The notes below the pieces were generated by a model. The model was not told the origin of the DNA. It was given only the letters and a program-made list of their open reading frames with translations, and searched no databases. Below are positions 20,516-30,440 of a stretch of 64,000 nucleotides of DNA, in pieces (within the stretch, counting starts at the first letter, position 1; every line of letters begins with the position of its first letter). A program made the translations under genes and the position numbers. The stretch comes from an uncultured bacterium. Lineage in GTDB: Bacteria; Krumholzibacteriota; Krumholzibacteriia; Krumholzibacteriales; Krumholzibacteriaceae. The DNA is taken from assembly GCA_963813815.1 (NCBI GenBank), contig CAWFAD010000007.1, positions 128,001 to 192,000 of the forward strand, given 5' to 3'.

Positions 20516-20817
20516 ATGCCCCAAAAAATAAGAGGGGGTTTTGAGGTTCAGTGAGAGGGGGTCATTCAGGAAAGATTTCAGTAACGCGCGTAGCGGACTG
20601 TTCTTGACGAGCGGGCTTGCAGCGATAGCCGCAGGCTCCAAAGGTTGTGAGTCTCCGTCGGGAAAGGGGGGACGAGCACAAGACGCACAAGGCGCTTCGT
20701 AAGGCGCACGATGCACAAGAAACCAGGAAGTTCATCCGCTTTTGGTTTGCGGTTATATAGAAGCAGGAATCCTGTAAGGGTCGTTCCCGAGAGGGATACT
20801 TTAACAGGGGGGTTAGA

Positions 20818-22017
20818 ATGAGTAAGTTCTTCACGGTCCTTCTTGCCGGTCTCTTCGTGTTTGCCGCGGCCGCTCCGGCGTCGGCTACCGATGCCCGCGT
20901 CGCTTCCCTCGCGTTCGCCGGCAACTATCTCGAAGACGACTACAACATCTTCACGTGGTATGGGACGCTGCCGTCCTACAGCAACATGGTCTGGATCGGC
21001 ATGCAGGATCTCGAATGGGACGAGGGCGACGAGATGTTCTATTACATGGGCGCCTCGTACGGCCTCGGCGAAGAGGGCAAGTACGGAACCCTCGCCATGT
21101 TCTACTATGACTACGCCATGGGTCTCAACCCGTTCGGCTGGGGCACGTTCAGCGACGGGCTGCCGAGCAAGTTCAGCGTGATGTACGGCTACTCGATGGA
21201 GAAGCTCTCGTTCGGTCTCTACTTCGATCGCGCCGACTACATGTACAAGTATGAGCAGGAAGTCGACCCGGAGTACCTCTACGAGAGCAACTATGCCTAC
21301 TCGACCTTCGGTGTTGGCCTTCGCTTCGACCTCGGCGAGAAGGCGTACATGGACGTCGCGGCGGATATGAGCCTCGCTTCCTACAAGTACGAGGAAACCG
21401 GCTACGACGACATCAGCGAGGACGCCAACAAGATGTACGGCTTCCGGGCTCGTATGTTCTACGAATGGAACGAGACGATCACCTGGGTGCCCTACTTCAA
21501 CTTCCGCACCTTCGATTTCTGTCTGCAGTCGGATGCGTATGACTACACCGGCGACAAGGGCATGATGCTCGACTTCGGCCTCGGCGCCAACGTCAAGGTC
21601 AACGAGGACAACCTGCTGCTCTTCGCCATCGAGCCGTACTCCTACGCCAAGTGGGAGCCGTCCAATCCGGCGTCCGGCGAGTCATACGAGTACACCATGA
21701 CGGTGATGCCGCGCTTCTATCTCGGTCTCGAGAGCGACGTCAAGGATTGGCTCACGTTCCGCGCGGGCGTCGCGAAGGAGCTCGTAAAGTATTCGGAAAC
21801 CGACGAAGTTGAAGGCGCGAGCAAGCAAACGTGGGAATCGACGGACGCCCCGTTCGACTTCTACATGGGCCTCGGCTTCCACGTGGGCGATTTCGACATC
21901 GACGCTCTGCTCAACAACGAAATGCCGATGCATCTCGGCTACTGGCTGACGGGCTATCAGCCTGAGGATTACGAAGAGCTGCCGATGTTCATGCTGACCG
22001 CGACGTACGGCTTCTAA
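20818..22017 (+). CDS. Probable major outer-membrane beta-barrel/porin of unknown family
   Basis: Signal peptide ending ASA; Tyr/Phe/Gly/Asp-rich alternating strands; C-terminal LTATYGF; monocistronic with its own promoter and terminator. Confidence 0.75.
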   Translation: MSKFFTVLLAGLFVFAAAAPASATDARVASLAFAGNYLEDDYNIFTWYGTLPSYSNMVWIGMQDLEWDEGDEMFYYMGASYGLGEEGKYGTLAMFYYDYAMGLNPFGWGTFSDGLPSKFSVMYGYSMEKLSFGLYFDRADYMYKYEQEVDPEYLYESNYAYSTFGVGLRFDLGEKAYMDVAADMSLASYKYEETGYDDISEDANKMYGFRARMFYEWNETITWVPYFNFRTFDFCLQSDAYDYTGDKGMMLDFGLGANVKVNEDNLLLFAIEPYSYAKWEPSNPASGESYEYTMTVMPRFYLGLESDVKDWLTFRAGVAKELVKYSETDEVEGASKQTWESTDAPFDFYMGLGFHVGDFDIDALLNNEMPMHLGYWLTGYQPEDYEELPMFMLTATYGF

Positions 22018-22038
22018 GCCGGCTCGCTCAAGGCAGAG

Positions 22039-22069
22039 AAAAGGGGGCTTTCCAAAGCCCCCTTTTTTT
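22039..22069 (+). terminator. Intrinsic terminator
   Basis: GGGGGCTT-TCCA-AAGCCCCC followed by T7. Confidence 0.85.
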
Positions 22070-22124
22070 ATGTCCGGCCCGTTCCTTGCAAGCTCCCCCT
22101 TGATTCACTGATCGAGGGGGAGCG

Positions 22125-23366
22125 GTGTATTTCTTCTACTATGTTCCGGTCGGGCTCGACGCGCCCGTGAAACGGCGGCCTTTCGTTACCTGGTTCCTGT
22201 TCGCCGTATGTGTAACTCTATTCATTTTATATAGATACAGACCGATCGGCGCCTGGTGGGACTTTACGCTCCTCATCTTCCAGCCCGGCTATCCGACGCT
22301 CGGTACCGCTTTCACGCACGCCTTTCTCCATGGCGGCTGGTTGCATCTTGCCGGGAACATGGTTTACCTCGTGCTCTTCGGGCGCGCGCTCGAGTCGAGG
22401 ATCGGACCCCTGCGGTTCTACGCCGTTTTCATGATCGCCGCCGCCGTCGGGGCGTTTCTCCATACCGTTCTCACGGCGATCGCCTCGCCGAGGTACCTCG
22501 AGTACGGGGTCATCGGGGCCTCAGGGGCGACCTCGGGCATCCTCGGCGCCTACTTCGTCCGGCTCTACTGGAGCAGGGTCCGCGTGGCGTATTGGGTCTT
22601 TATGCCGCTCCAGGGCGTGAACAAGACGGGGAGAACCTTCGTTCCGGTCGTGTTCGCCGTGCTTTTCTGGTTCGGTCTTCAGGCCGTCCGCGCCCTCGTT
22701 CAGTTCGGGATGGGGGGGGCGCACATCGCCTACGGCGAGCACATCGGCGGTTTCGCCGCGGGTGTCATCCTCGCGTTCGCCATGCGATCGTCGCGGGAGG
22801 CGCGGGCCGAGAGCTCGCTCGTCAAGGCGCGCCGCCATTTCGAGAAAGCGGAATGGTTCGGCGCCCAGGCGGAGTACGTCGAGTACCTCGCCTCTCATCC
22901 CGGGGACTCGGAGGCCCGCGCGGAGCTCGCCCGGGCCCAAATCTGCGCCGGGGACAGGATTCTGGCGAGCTCGAGCTACGCCGAGGCCGTCAAGGCGAGC
23001 ATGGAGAGAGGCGAGCGTGACCGGGCCGAGCGGCTCTTCGACGAGGCGTCGCGGCATCTGCCGCTCTTCGCCCTGAGCGAGAAGCTGCATCTCGACATCG
23101 CGTGCGGCATGGAGCGCACCCTCAAGTACCGGTCGGCGCTCGCCGCCTACGAGCACTATCTCTGGGAATACCCCGTCTCGGGCAACGCGGCGTTCGTGCT
23201 GCTCCGGATGGCGGGAATTCACGACCGGTGTCTCGACGAGCCGGAGGAGGCGATCTCGTGCTACCGGCGGCTCGCGACCGAGTACGCCTCGGACGCCTGG
23301 GCGGACTTCGCCCGCGCGGAGCTCGCCCGCAAGGTCCGGACCGGGGCTTCGGATCGCAAGAAATGA
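22125..23366 (+). CDS. Rhomboid intramembrane serine protease with C-terminal TPR-like region
   Basis: FLHGGWLHLAGNMVYL; IGASG; AYGEHIGGF; helical repeat tail. Confidence 0.85.
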   Translation: MYFFYYVPVGLDAPVKRRPFVTWFLFAVCVTLFILYRYRPIGAWWDFTLLIFQPGYPTLGTAFTHAFLHGGWLHLAGNMVYLVLFGRALESRIGPLRFYAVFMIAAAVGAFLHTVLTAIASPRYLEYGVIGASGATSGILGAYFVRLYWSRVRVAYWVFMPLQGVNKTGRTFVPVVFAVLFWFGLQAVRALVQFGMGGAHIAYGEHIGGFAAGVILAFAMRSSREARAESSLVKARRHFEKAEWFGAQAEYVEYLASHPGDSEARAELARAQICAGDRILASSSYAEAVKASMERGERDRAERLFDEASRHLPLFALSEKLHLDIACGMERTLKYRSALAAYEHYLWEYPVSGNAAFVLLRMAGIHDRCLDEPEEAISCYRRLATEYASDAWADFARAELARKVRTGASDRKK

Positions 23367-23454
23367 TGTACAACGCCGCAGCGGATATGCCAAAATGCTT
23401 GCGGCGCGGATGGGCTTCTGTTAGGTTTCAGCGTCGGTGCGGGGCGGTGAGGAT

Positions 23455-24132
23455 GTGGGTTCCGGGAGGTCGTCACTCGAGCTGCTGAGATCGCGGGGAT
23501 TCTTGCGCGGTCTCGATGCTGCGAGCGACAGTGAGCTGCTCGCGCTCGTCATCGGCGAGTCGCGTGGACGCGGCGGCGAAACGATCGCCCGGGAGCTCAT
23601 CGATCACTTCGGTGATCTGCCGGGGGTGGGAAGCGCCGCCGCCGAGGAGTATATGTTCTTCGATGGCGTGGGACGCGCGGCGTCCCTTCGGATCAAAGCC
23701 GCCTTCGAGCTCGGGCGGCGCACCGTGACGGTCTTTCGCGAGCGGGCCGTTCGAACCGCGCGCTCGCCTGGGGACGTCGCCGCGCTCATGATTCCCGAGA
23801 TGAGCGATCTCGATCGCGAGCATTTCAAGGCCATTCTCCTCAACACGAAGAACGGAATTCTCCGAATCGTGACGGTCGCCGTCGGCTCGCTCAACGCAGC
23901 ACTCGTCCACCCGCGGGAGCTTTTCAAGGCCGCCGTCGCAGCGAGCGCCGCGGGGGTCATTCTCGTCCACAACCATCCGACGGGCAATCCGGAGCCGAGC
24001 GCCGAGGATACGGAGCTCACGACGCGCTTCGCGCGGTGCGGAGAGCTGCTCGGCATCGAGCTCGTCGACCACATCGTCATCGGCGGCTCGCGCTGGGTGA
24101 GCATGCGCGAGAGAGGCGTCCTCGGGGGCTGA
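23455..24132 (+). CDS. radC: RadC/JAB-domain protein
   Basis: SDSELLA; GVGRA HhH; GSLNAALVHPRELF; HNHPTGNPEPSAED; DHIVIG; start uncertain. Confidence 0.9.
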   Translation: MGSGRSSLELLRSRGFLRGLDAASDSELLALVIGESRGRGGETIARELIDHFGDLPGVGSAAAEEYMFFDGVGRAASLRIKAAFELGRRTVTVFRERAVRTARSPGDVAALMIPEMSDLDREHFKAILLNTKNGILRIVTVAVGSLNAALVHPRELFKAAVAASAAGVILVHNHPTGNPEPSAEDTELTTRFARCGELLGIELVDHIVIGGSRWVSMRERGVLGG

Positions 24133-24147
24133 AAGGAAGGGCACGAG

Positions 24148-25182
24148 GTGTTGGACCGGCTGGCGAACTATTTCTCGAACGATATCGCGATCGATCTCGG
24201 AACGGCGAACACGCTCGTTTACATCAAGGGAAACGGGATCGTTCTCAACGAACCTTCCGTGGTCGCGATCGACCAGAAGACGAGGAAGGTCTACGCGGTC
24301 GGCGCCGAGGCGAAGGCGATGCTCGGCAAGACCCCCGACCACATCGTCGCCATCCGGCCGCTCAAGGACGGGGTCATCGCCGATTTCGAGATCACGGAAG
24401 TAATGCTTCGCGAGTTCATCCGCAAGGCGCAGAAGAAGCGCTTCTTCATCCGTCCCCGGATCGTCATCGCCGTGCCTTCGGGGATAACCGAGGTGGAGCG
24501 CCGCGCGGTGACCGACTCGGCGCAGAACGCCGGCGCCCGCGAGGTCTACCTCATCGCGGAGCCCGTCGCCTCGGCGATCGGGGTGGGGCTTCCCGTCGAC
24601 AAGCCTTCGGGAAACATGGTGATCGACATCGGAGGCGGCACGACCGAGATCGCCGTCATCGCCCTGAACGGGATCGTCACCGATATGTCGATCAGGGTTG
24701 CCGGCGACGAGATGGACGAGGCGATCGTCGTCCACATCAAGAAGGCGTACAACCTCCTCATCGGCGATCAAACCGCCGAGCACGTGAAGATGGTGATCGG
24801 CTCGGCCACGAAGCTCAAGAAAGAGGAGGAGATGGAAGTCAAGGGGCGGGATCTCGTCTCGGGGATTCCGAAAACCCTCAGGATTTCGAGCGCCGAGGTT
24901 CGCGAGGCGCTCGCGGAGCCGCTGGCCCAGATGGTCGCGGCCGTCAAGCAGGCGCTCGAGCAGACGCCGCCCGAGCTCGCCGCGGATATCGTCGACCGGG
25001 GAATCGTGATGACGGGGGGCGGATCGCTGCTCCGGGGGCTCGACGTGCTCCTCAAGGAGGAGACGAATCTCCCGATCAACGTCGTCGAGGATCCCCTGAC
25101 CTGCGTCGTTCTCGGATGCGGCAAGGTTCTGTCGAACCTGCACCAGTACGAACGGATCATTCTCAAGAGCTCCCGGTTTTAG
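24148..25182 (+). CDS. mreB: Rod shape-determining protein MreB
   Basis: [38 protein letters not shown]. Confidence 0.97.
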   Translation: MLDRLANYFSNDIAIDLGTANTLVYIKGNGIVLNEPSVVAIDQKTRKVYAVGAEAKAMLGKTPDHIVAIRPLKDGVIADFEITEVMLREFIRKAQKKRFFIRPRIVIAVPSGITEVERRAVTDSAQNAGAREVYLIAEPVASAIGVGLPVDKPSGNMVIDIGGGTTEIAVIALNGIVTDMSIRVAGDEMDEAIVVHIKKAYNLLIGDQTAEHVKMVIGSATKLKKEEEMEVKGRDLVSGIPKTLRISSAEVREALAEPLAQMVAAVKQALEQTPPELAADIVDRGIVMTGGGSLLRGLDVLLKEETNLPINVVEDPLTCVVLGCGKVLSNLHQYERIILKSSRF

Positions 25183-25184
25183 GA

Positions 25185-26039
25185 ATGCACATCTTTTCCT
25201 TTCTGTTCGACCGGCACCTCGACAAAACGGTCCTCGTGATCGCCGTCGCCGCGGGTGTCGTGCTCCTGTCGCTCGGCGAGGAGACGCAGATCAGGGAGGC
25301 GCGGCGGGTGACCGCGGTGCTGCTCTACCCGGTGCACCGCGCCGCTTCGTATTTCGCCTCCGTCGAATCGCTCGAATCCGAGAACGAGAAGCTCCGGGCG
25401 ATGGTCGCCACCCTCTACCAGGAACGGGAGCGTCTGCTGCAGTTCCGCGACGAGCGGGAGCGTCTGCGGGCTCTCATGGATCTGCGCGAGGATCCCTTCC
25501 ACACGTTCGTGGCGTGCGAGGTGACGAGCCGCTCTCCGAGCCCCTTCATCCAGTCGGTGACGATCGACCGCGGCGAGGCGGACAGCGTGCGGGTCGGCAT
25601 GGCGGTCGTCGGTTACCGCGGGCTCGTCGGGCGCGTTTCGCAGGTGTTTCCCCGCGCGGCCGAGGTGCTCCTTATCAGCAACAAATCGATATCGGTGAGC
25701 TGCGTCAATCGGCGCAGCCGCGTCGTCGGCATACTCGAATGGGACCGTTCCAACCTCTTCCGGCTCGAATACGTGGGCAAGGAAGAGGACGTGACGGCGG
25801 GGGATACGCTGCTGACGAGCGGCTACGGCGGGCTCTTTCCGCGCGGCTTTCTCGTCGGGACGGTGTTCCAGGTCGCCGATGAGCGGAGCGGCATCGCGAA
25901 GCGCGTGCGCGTGGCGAGTCTCGCGAACCTGAACGCGCTCGAGGAGCTCTTCATCGTGACGGGCACGCGCGGATGGCGCGACGACCGGCTCTACGACGAG
26001 CTCGAAAAGCTCGAGGCCCGCGGAGGGCGGAGGCGATAG
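25185..26039 (+). CDS. mreC: Rod shape-determining protein MreC
   Basis: TM plus coiled coil (ENEKLR), IDRG..GMAVV..GLVGRV, TSGYGGLFPRG; synteny. Confidence 0.92.
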   Translation: MHIFSFLFDRHLDKTVLVIAVAAGVVLLSLGEETQIREARRVTAVLLYPVHRAASYFASVESLESENEKLRAMVATLYQERERLLQFRDERERLRALMDLREDPFHTFVACEVTSRSPSPFIQSVTIDRGEADSVRVGMAVVGYRGLVGRVSQVFPRAAEVLLISNKSISVSCVNRRSRVVGILEWDRSNLFRLEYVGKEEDVTAGDTLLTSGYGGLFPRGFLVGTVFQVADERSGIAKRVRVASLANLNALEELFIVTGTRGWRDDRLYDELEKLEARGGRRR

Positions 26040-26040
26040 C

Positions 26041-26535
26041 ATGAAACCGGCCCGGATGATACTCGTCGCGGCGATCGTCTTCGTGCTCCAGCTCACGATC
26101 GCCCAGCGGATGCGGGTCGCCGGAGCCGCTCCGGATCTCCTCGTCATCCTGCTCGCGGCGATCGCGCTCGGGCGCGGCCCCGTTTTCGCCGTCGTCGCCG
26201 GCGCGCTCATCGGCTTCCTGAGCGATCTCGGAAACGCGTCGTTCCTCGGGCTCGGCGTCATCGCGAAGTCGATCCTCGCGTACGGGATGACCCGGCTCGG
26301 CGGCGTTCTGCCCGAGCACATCCTCTACCGGGGGATCGTCATTCTCGCCGCGTGTCTCGTGAACGATCTCATAACGCTCGCCGTGACCTCGTCCTTCTCG
26401 CCGGGCGACATCATCGTGTCGTTTTTCCGGCACTCGATCCTGTCCGCCCTGTACTCAGCGCTTCTCGGCGTCGCCATCTTCGCGTTTCTCGAGCTCTTCG
26501 GGAGGAGGGTGGTGCGTTCCAATGGGAGCGCTTGA
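26041..26535 (+). CDS. mreD: Rod shape-determining protein MreD
   Basis: Hydrophobic, PDLLVILL, GFLSD; lies between mreC and mrdA. Confidence 0.88.
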   Translation: MKPARMILVAAIVFVLQLTIAQRMRVAGAAPDLLVILLAAIALGRGPVFAVVAGALIGFLSDLGNASFLGLGVIAKSILAYGMTRLGGVLPEHILYRGIVILAACLVNDLITLAVTSSFSPGDIIVSFFRHSILSALYSALLGVAIFAFLELFGRRVVRSNGSA

Positions 26536-28381
26536 CGCGAGAGACGTGTCGGTGCTCGACCCGAGGCGCCGAACCCTGTCGACGATCCTCATGTGCGTCA
26601 TGGCGATCCTCGCCATCCGCCTCTTCTGGCTGCAGGTCGTGCGCCACGAGCATTTCGCGAAGCTCTCCTATTCGAATCAGCTCCAGCGGGAGAGGATTCC
26701 CGCCCCGCGCGGGATCATCCGCGCGCGCTACGGCGAAAAGCTCGTTGTCAACATGCCCGTGTACCAGATCAGCATCCTGCCGAACCGGGCCGCCCGCAAG
26801 CGCGAGCTTCTCGCCCTCGCCTGCGAGTGGCTCGGGATCGATCCGAAGGCGGTCGAGAGCGATCTCGACGCGTGGATGAAGCGCTACTCCGACGGACGGG
26901 AGATGGTGGTCGTTCAGGCGGCGAACAAGGAGCAGATCTCGGTGCTGCGGGAAAACCGGGTCCTCCTTTCGTTCTTCAAGCTCGCGATGCGGCCGCGGCG
27001 CTACTTTCCCGAGGGGAAGCTCGCCGCGCACCTGTTCGGCTACGTCGGCGAGGTGACGGACGAGGAGATCGTGGGTCCCGGCGATCTCGAGCGAGGGGAC
27101 ATCATCGGGCGCACGGGGCTCGAGTCGTCGTACGAGCGCTACCTCAGGGGAACGGACGGCATCCGCATCATCGGTATCAGCGTCGAGGGCACGCAGGTGG
27201 GGGAGATCAGCGGGCTCATGGGCGGCGACGAGATCGAGCGGCTCGGCGGGGCTCGCCCGAGCGTCCCCGGCTGCGACGTCATTCTCACGATCGATCTCGC
27301 GGCGCAGCGCGCGGCGGAGGCCGCGTTTCAGTGGGAACGGGGCGCGCTCGTCGCCATGGACCCGCGCACCGGCGATATCCTCGCCATGGTGAGCCGCCCC
27401 ACCTACGATCCGAACATGTTCATCGAGGGCGTGAGCGGGGAGCGCTGGCGTGAGCTTTTCGACGACGTGGCGCGGCCGATGTTCAACCGCACGGTGCAGG
27501 CCGCCTATCCGCCGGGCTCCGTGTTCAAGTCCGTCACCGCCTACTCGGCGCTCGTGAACGGCCGGATCGGCGAGCATACGCTGCAGCATCCGTGCTTCGG
27601 CGGCTTTCGGTTCGGCAACCGGTACTTCCGGTGCTGGCAGGCGAAAGGCCACGGTTCTCTCGCTCTCGAGGGTGCGATCATCCAGTCATGCGATACGTAC
27701 TTCTACCAGCTCGGCGAGAAGCTCGAGGTCGACGAGCTCTCGACTTCCGCCCGTCTCTTCGGCCTCGGCCGGAAGACCGGCGTCGACCTGCCGAGCGAGG
27801 TGTCGGGCGTGGTTCCGGATCGGGCGTATCTCGACCGGCGGTTCGGCAAGCGCGGATGGACGAAGGGCCTCATGCTCAATTTCTCGATCGGGCAGGGAGA
27901 GATTCTGACGACTCCCGTCCAGCTCTGCGCGCTCACGTCGCGTATCGCGAACGGCGGCAAGCCGATCCAGCCGCACGTCGTGAAGGAGATCGTCGACCCC
28001 GACGGAAAGGTCGTGTACCGGTTCCATCGGCAGGGCGGGTCTGAACCGGCCGTCGACCGGCGGGCGCTCGACATCATCCGCGAGGCGCTGCGCGGCGTCG
28101 TGGCGAACGAGCGGGGAACGGGGCGCGCCGCGGCCGTTCCCGGCATCAGCGTCGCCGGCAAGACGGGAACGGCGCAGAATCCTCACGGCGAGGATCACGC
28201 GCTCTTCGTCGCCTATGCGCCCGCGGAGGATCCGACGATCTGCATCGCGATCGTCATGGAGAACGCCGGGCACGGAGGCTCGATGGCGGCCCCGGTCGCC
28301 CGGCAGGTGCTCGCTGCTTATTTCGCGCCTCCGGAGGGACCGCCGGCTCCGGCGAACGTCGCGCTCGGCGGGGGAGGATGA
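26522..28381 (+). CDS. mrdA: Penicillin-binding protein 2
   Basis: PAPRGII; YPPGSVFK (SxxK); SCD; AGKTGTAQ. Confidence 0.95.
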   Translation: MGALDARDVSVLDPRRRTLSTILMCVMAILAIRLFWLQVVRHEHFAKLSYSNQLQRERIPAPRGIIRARYGEKLVVNMPVYQISILPNRAARKRELLALACEWLGIDPKAVESDLDAWMKRYSDGREMVVVQAANKEQISVLRENRVLLSFFKLAMRPRRYFPEGKLAAHLFGYVGEVTDEEIVGPGDLERGDIIGRTGLESSYERYLRGTDGIRIIGISVEGTQVGEISGLMGGDEIERLGGARPSVPGCDVILTIDLAAQRAAEAAFQWERGALVAMDPRTGDILAMVSRPTYDPNMFIEGVSGERWRELFDDVARPMFNRTVQAAYPPGSVFKSVTAYSALVNGRIGEHTLQHPCFGGFRFGNRYFRCWQAKGHGSLALEGAIIQSCDTYFYQLGEKLEVDELSTSARLFGLGRKTGVDLPSEVSGVVPDRAYLDRRFGKRGWTKGLMLNFSIGQGEILTTPVQLCALTSRIANGGKPIQPHVVKEIVDPDGKVVYRFHRQGGSEPAVDRRALDIIREALRGVVANERGTGRAAAVPGISVAGKTGTAQNPHGEDHALFVAYAPAEDPTICIAIVMENAGHGGSMAAPVARQVLAAYFAPPEGPPAPANVALGGGG

Positions 28382-28387
28382 CGTCGC

Positions 28388-29653
28388 ATGGGCGACCGGT
28401 ACTTTCATGACTTCGACTGGCTCGTGCTCCTCTCGGCGGTACTCATCATGGGCCTCGGGCTCCTCACGCTCTATTCGATCGAGCACGTCCCGAGCGAGTT
28501 TCGCGACACGGTCCAGCCGGAACAGACGGGCGCGTTCGGCCGCCAGCTCCTCTGGATCGCCGCCGGCCTCGGCGCGATGGCCGTCGCCTGCTTCATTCCC
28601 TACCGGTACTTCGAGGGGATGGCCGTCGTCATCTACGGCGTCGGCATCCTGCTCCTCATCGCCGTCCTTTTCATGCCCGCCATCAAGGGCTCGCATCGCT
28701 GGATCAATCTCGGGGCCTTCAACCTCCAGCCGAGCGAGTTCATGAAGGTGGCGATCATCTTTCTCCTCGCGCGGTTTCTCGCCGAGAAGCGCAACCGCGC
28801 CGCCGACGTTCGCGTGCTGGCCATATCGGGAATCATAACGCTCGTTCCGTTTCTGCTCGTCATCAAGGAGCCCGATCTCGGATCGGCGCTCGTCTACCTC
28901 GCCCTGCTGTTTCCCATTCTCTACTGGCGCGGGCTCAACGAGAGCCTGCTCATCATGTTCATGACGCCGCTCGTGAGCGCCTTCCTCACCATCTACAGCG
29001 CCACCGCGATGGAGCAGGGAGGGTATCCGCTCCTCCTGCTCCTCTTCTTCATCGTGCTCCTCGTCTACGCGTACCGGCGGCGGGACCTCGCGCGGAGCGT
29101 CACCCTCATCGCGACGAACCTCGGCGTCATGCTCCTCGTGCCGATTGCCTGGAGCCGGTTGCAGCCCTACCAGCAGCAGCGCATTCTCACGTTCCTGCGG
29201 CCCGAGTCGGATATTCTCGGATCGGGATGGCAGGTGTACCAATCGAAGCTCGCGATCGGCTCGGGCGGGTTCATGGGGAAGAAGTTCCTCCACGGCACGC
29301 ACAAGCTGCTCGCCTTTCTGCCCGAGCGCCACAGCGATTTCATCTACTCGGTCATCTCAGAAGAGCTCGGCTTTCTCGGCGGCCTCACCGTGCTGGCCCT
29401 TTTTACCGTCATCATCGTGCGGAGCCTCTACCTCGCCACCAAGGTAAAGAACCGGTTCGCCTCGATCACGGCGATCGGCATTTGCGCGTATTTCGCCTTT
29501 CACGTGATCATCAACATCGGGATGACGACCGGTCTCACGCCCGTGACGGGGCTGCCGCTTCCCTTCATGAGCTACGGAGGGTCCTCGATGGTCGTGAGCT
29601 GTTTTCTCCTCGGCGTGCTGCTCAATTTCAGCATGCGGTTCTACGAATACTGA
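28388..29653 (+). CDS. rodA: Rod shape-determining protein RodA (SEDS)
   Basis: RWI..LQPSEFMK; EPDLGSA; FLPERHSDFI; LPFMSYGGSS. Confidence 0.95.
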   Translation: MGDRYFHDFDWLVLLSAVLIMGLGLLTLYSIEHVPSEFRDTVQPEQTGAFGRQLLWIAAGLGAMAVACFIPYRYFEGMAVVIYGVGILLLIAVLFMPAIKGSHRWINLGAFNLQPSEFMKVAIIFLLARFLAEKRNRAADVRVLAISGIITLVPFLLVIKEPDLGSALVYLALLFPILYWRGLNESLLIMFMTPLVSAFLTIYSATAMEQGGYPLLLLLFFIVLLVYAYRRRDLARSVTLIATNLGVMLLVPIAWSRLQPYQQQRILTFLRPESDILGSGWQVYQSKLAIGSGGFMGKKFLHGTHKLLAFLPERHSDFIYSVISEELGFLGGLTVLALFTVIIVRSLYLATKVKNRFASITAIGICAYFAFHVIINIGMTTGLTPVTGLPLPFMSYGGSSMVVSCFLLGVLLNFSMRFYEY

Positions 29654-29666
29654 CGGGAGGCGACCG

Positions 29667-30440
29667 ATGCATCCTGTGCTCGTCGAAATCGGACGGTTGC
29701 GGATCTACTCGTACGGATTCATGCTGGCCCTGAGCTTCTGGGTCGGCATCGTGCTCGCCGCGCGGCGAGCACGCCGCCGGGGCGTCGATCCCGATCGCAT
29801 CTACGATCTCAGCATCGTTCTCATCCTCGCTTCCGTCGTCGGTTCGCGTCTTTTCTACATCCTCACGCACCGGGACGATTACCACAGCTTCCTCGACGTC
29901 GTCGCGCTCTGGCAGGGCGGGGCGACCTTCTACGGCGGATTCTTTCTCGCGCTCGCGCTCGCCGTCGTCTATCTCCGGCGCGCGAAGCTCCCCTTTCTCC
30001 TCGTCGCGGACATTTGCGCCCCATCCATAGCGCTCGGAGATTTCTTCACGCGGATCGGCTGCTTTCTGAGCGGCTGCTGTTTCGGCGTGCCGACCGGCTC
30101 CCCGCTCGGCGTCGTCTTTCCGCCGGGATGCCCGGCGGGATACCACTCTCCGGGCGTCGCCCTGCACCCCGCGCAGCTCTACTCGGCGGCGTTCGGGCTC
30201 GCCCTCGCCGCAACCCTCGTCGCGCTCGAGCGGCGTCGGGCGTACACCGGATTCACCTTCGCGCTCCTGTGCGTTCTCTACGGGGCCGGGAGATTCGCGA
30301 TCGATCTTCTGCGGTATTACGAACCGTCCTCGCGTTTCGGAAGCGTTCTCTCGGTGAGCCAGGCGTCGAGTCTCGCTCTCGTCGCGGCGGGAGCCCTGCT
30401 GCTCGTGATTCTGCCGAGGAGGCGCGGCCCGCGCGAATGA
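29667..30440 (+). CDS. lgt: Prolipoprotein diacylglyceryl transferase
   Basis: MHPVL..YSYG; WQGG..FYGG; RIGCFLSGCCFG; HPAQLY; RFAIDLLR. Confidence 0.9.
   Translation: MHPVLVEIGRLRIYSYGFMLALSFWVGIVLAARRARRRGVDPDRIYDLSIVLILASVVGSRLFYILTHRDDYHSFLDVVALWQGGATFYGGFFLALALAVVYLRRAKLPFLLVADICAPSIALGDFFTRIGCFLSGCCFGVPTGSPLGVVFPPGCPAGYHSPGVALHPAQLYSAAFGLALAATLVALERRRAYTGFTFALLCVLYGAGRFAIDLLRYYEPSSRFGSVLSVSQASSLALVAAGALLLVILPRRRGPRE

Noticed and set aside
20645..20720. c-di-GMP-I riboswitch (GAAA..GGGACG resemblance)
   Set aside because: Lacks the GGCAAA and GCAAAGC conserved elements; kept only as an unexplained leader
23455..24132. RadC as a mobile-element or anti-restriction marker
   Set aside because: Full-length HhH+JAB form in a housekeeping context with no integrase or att sites
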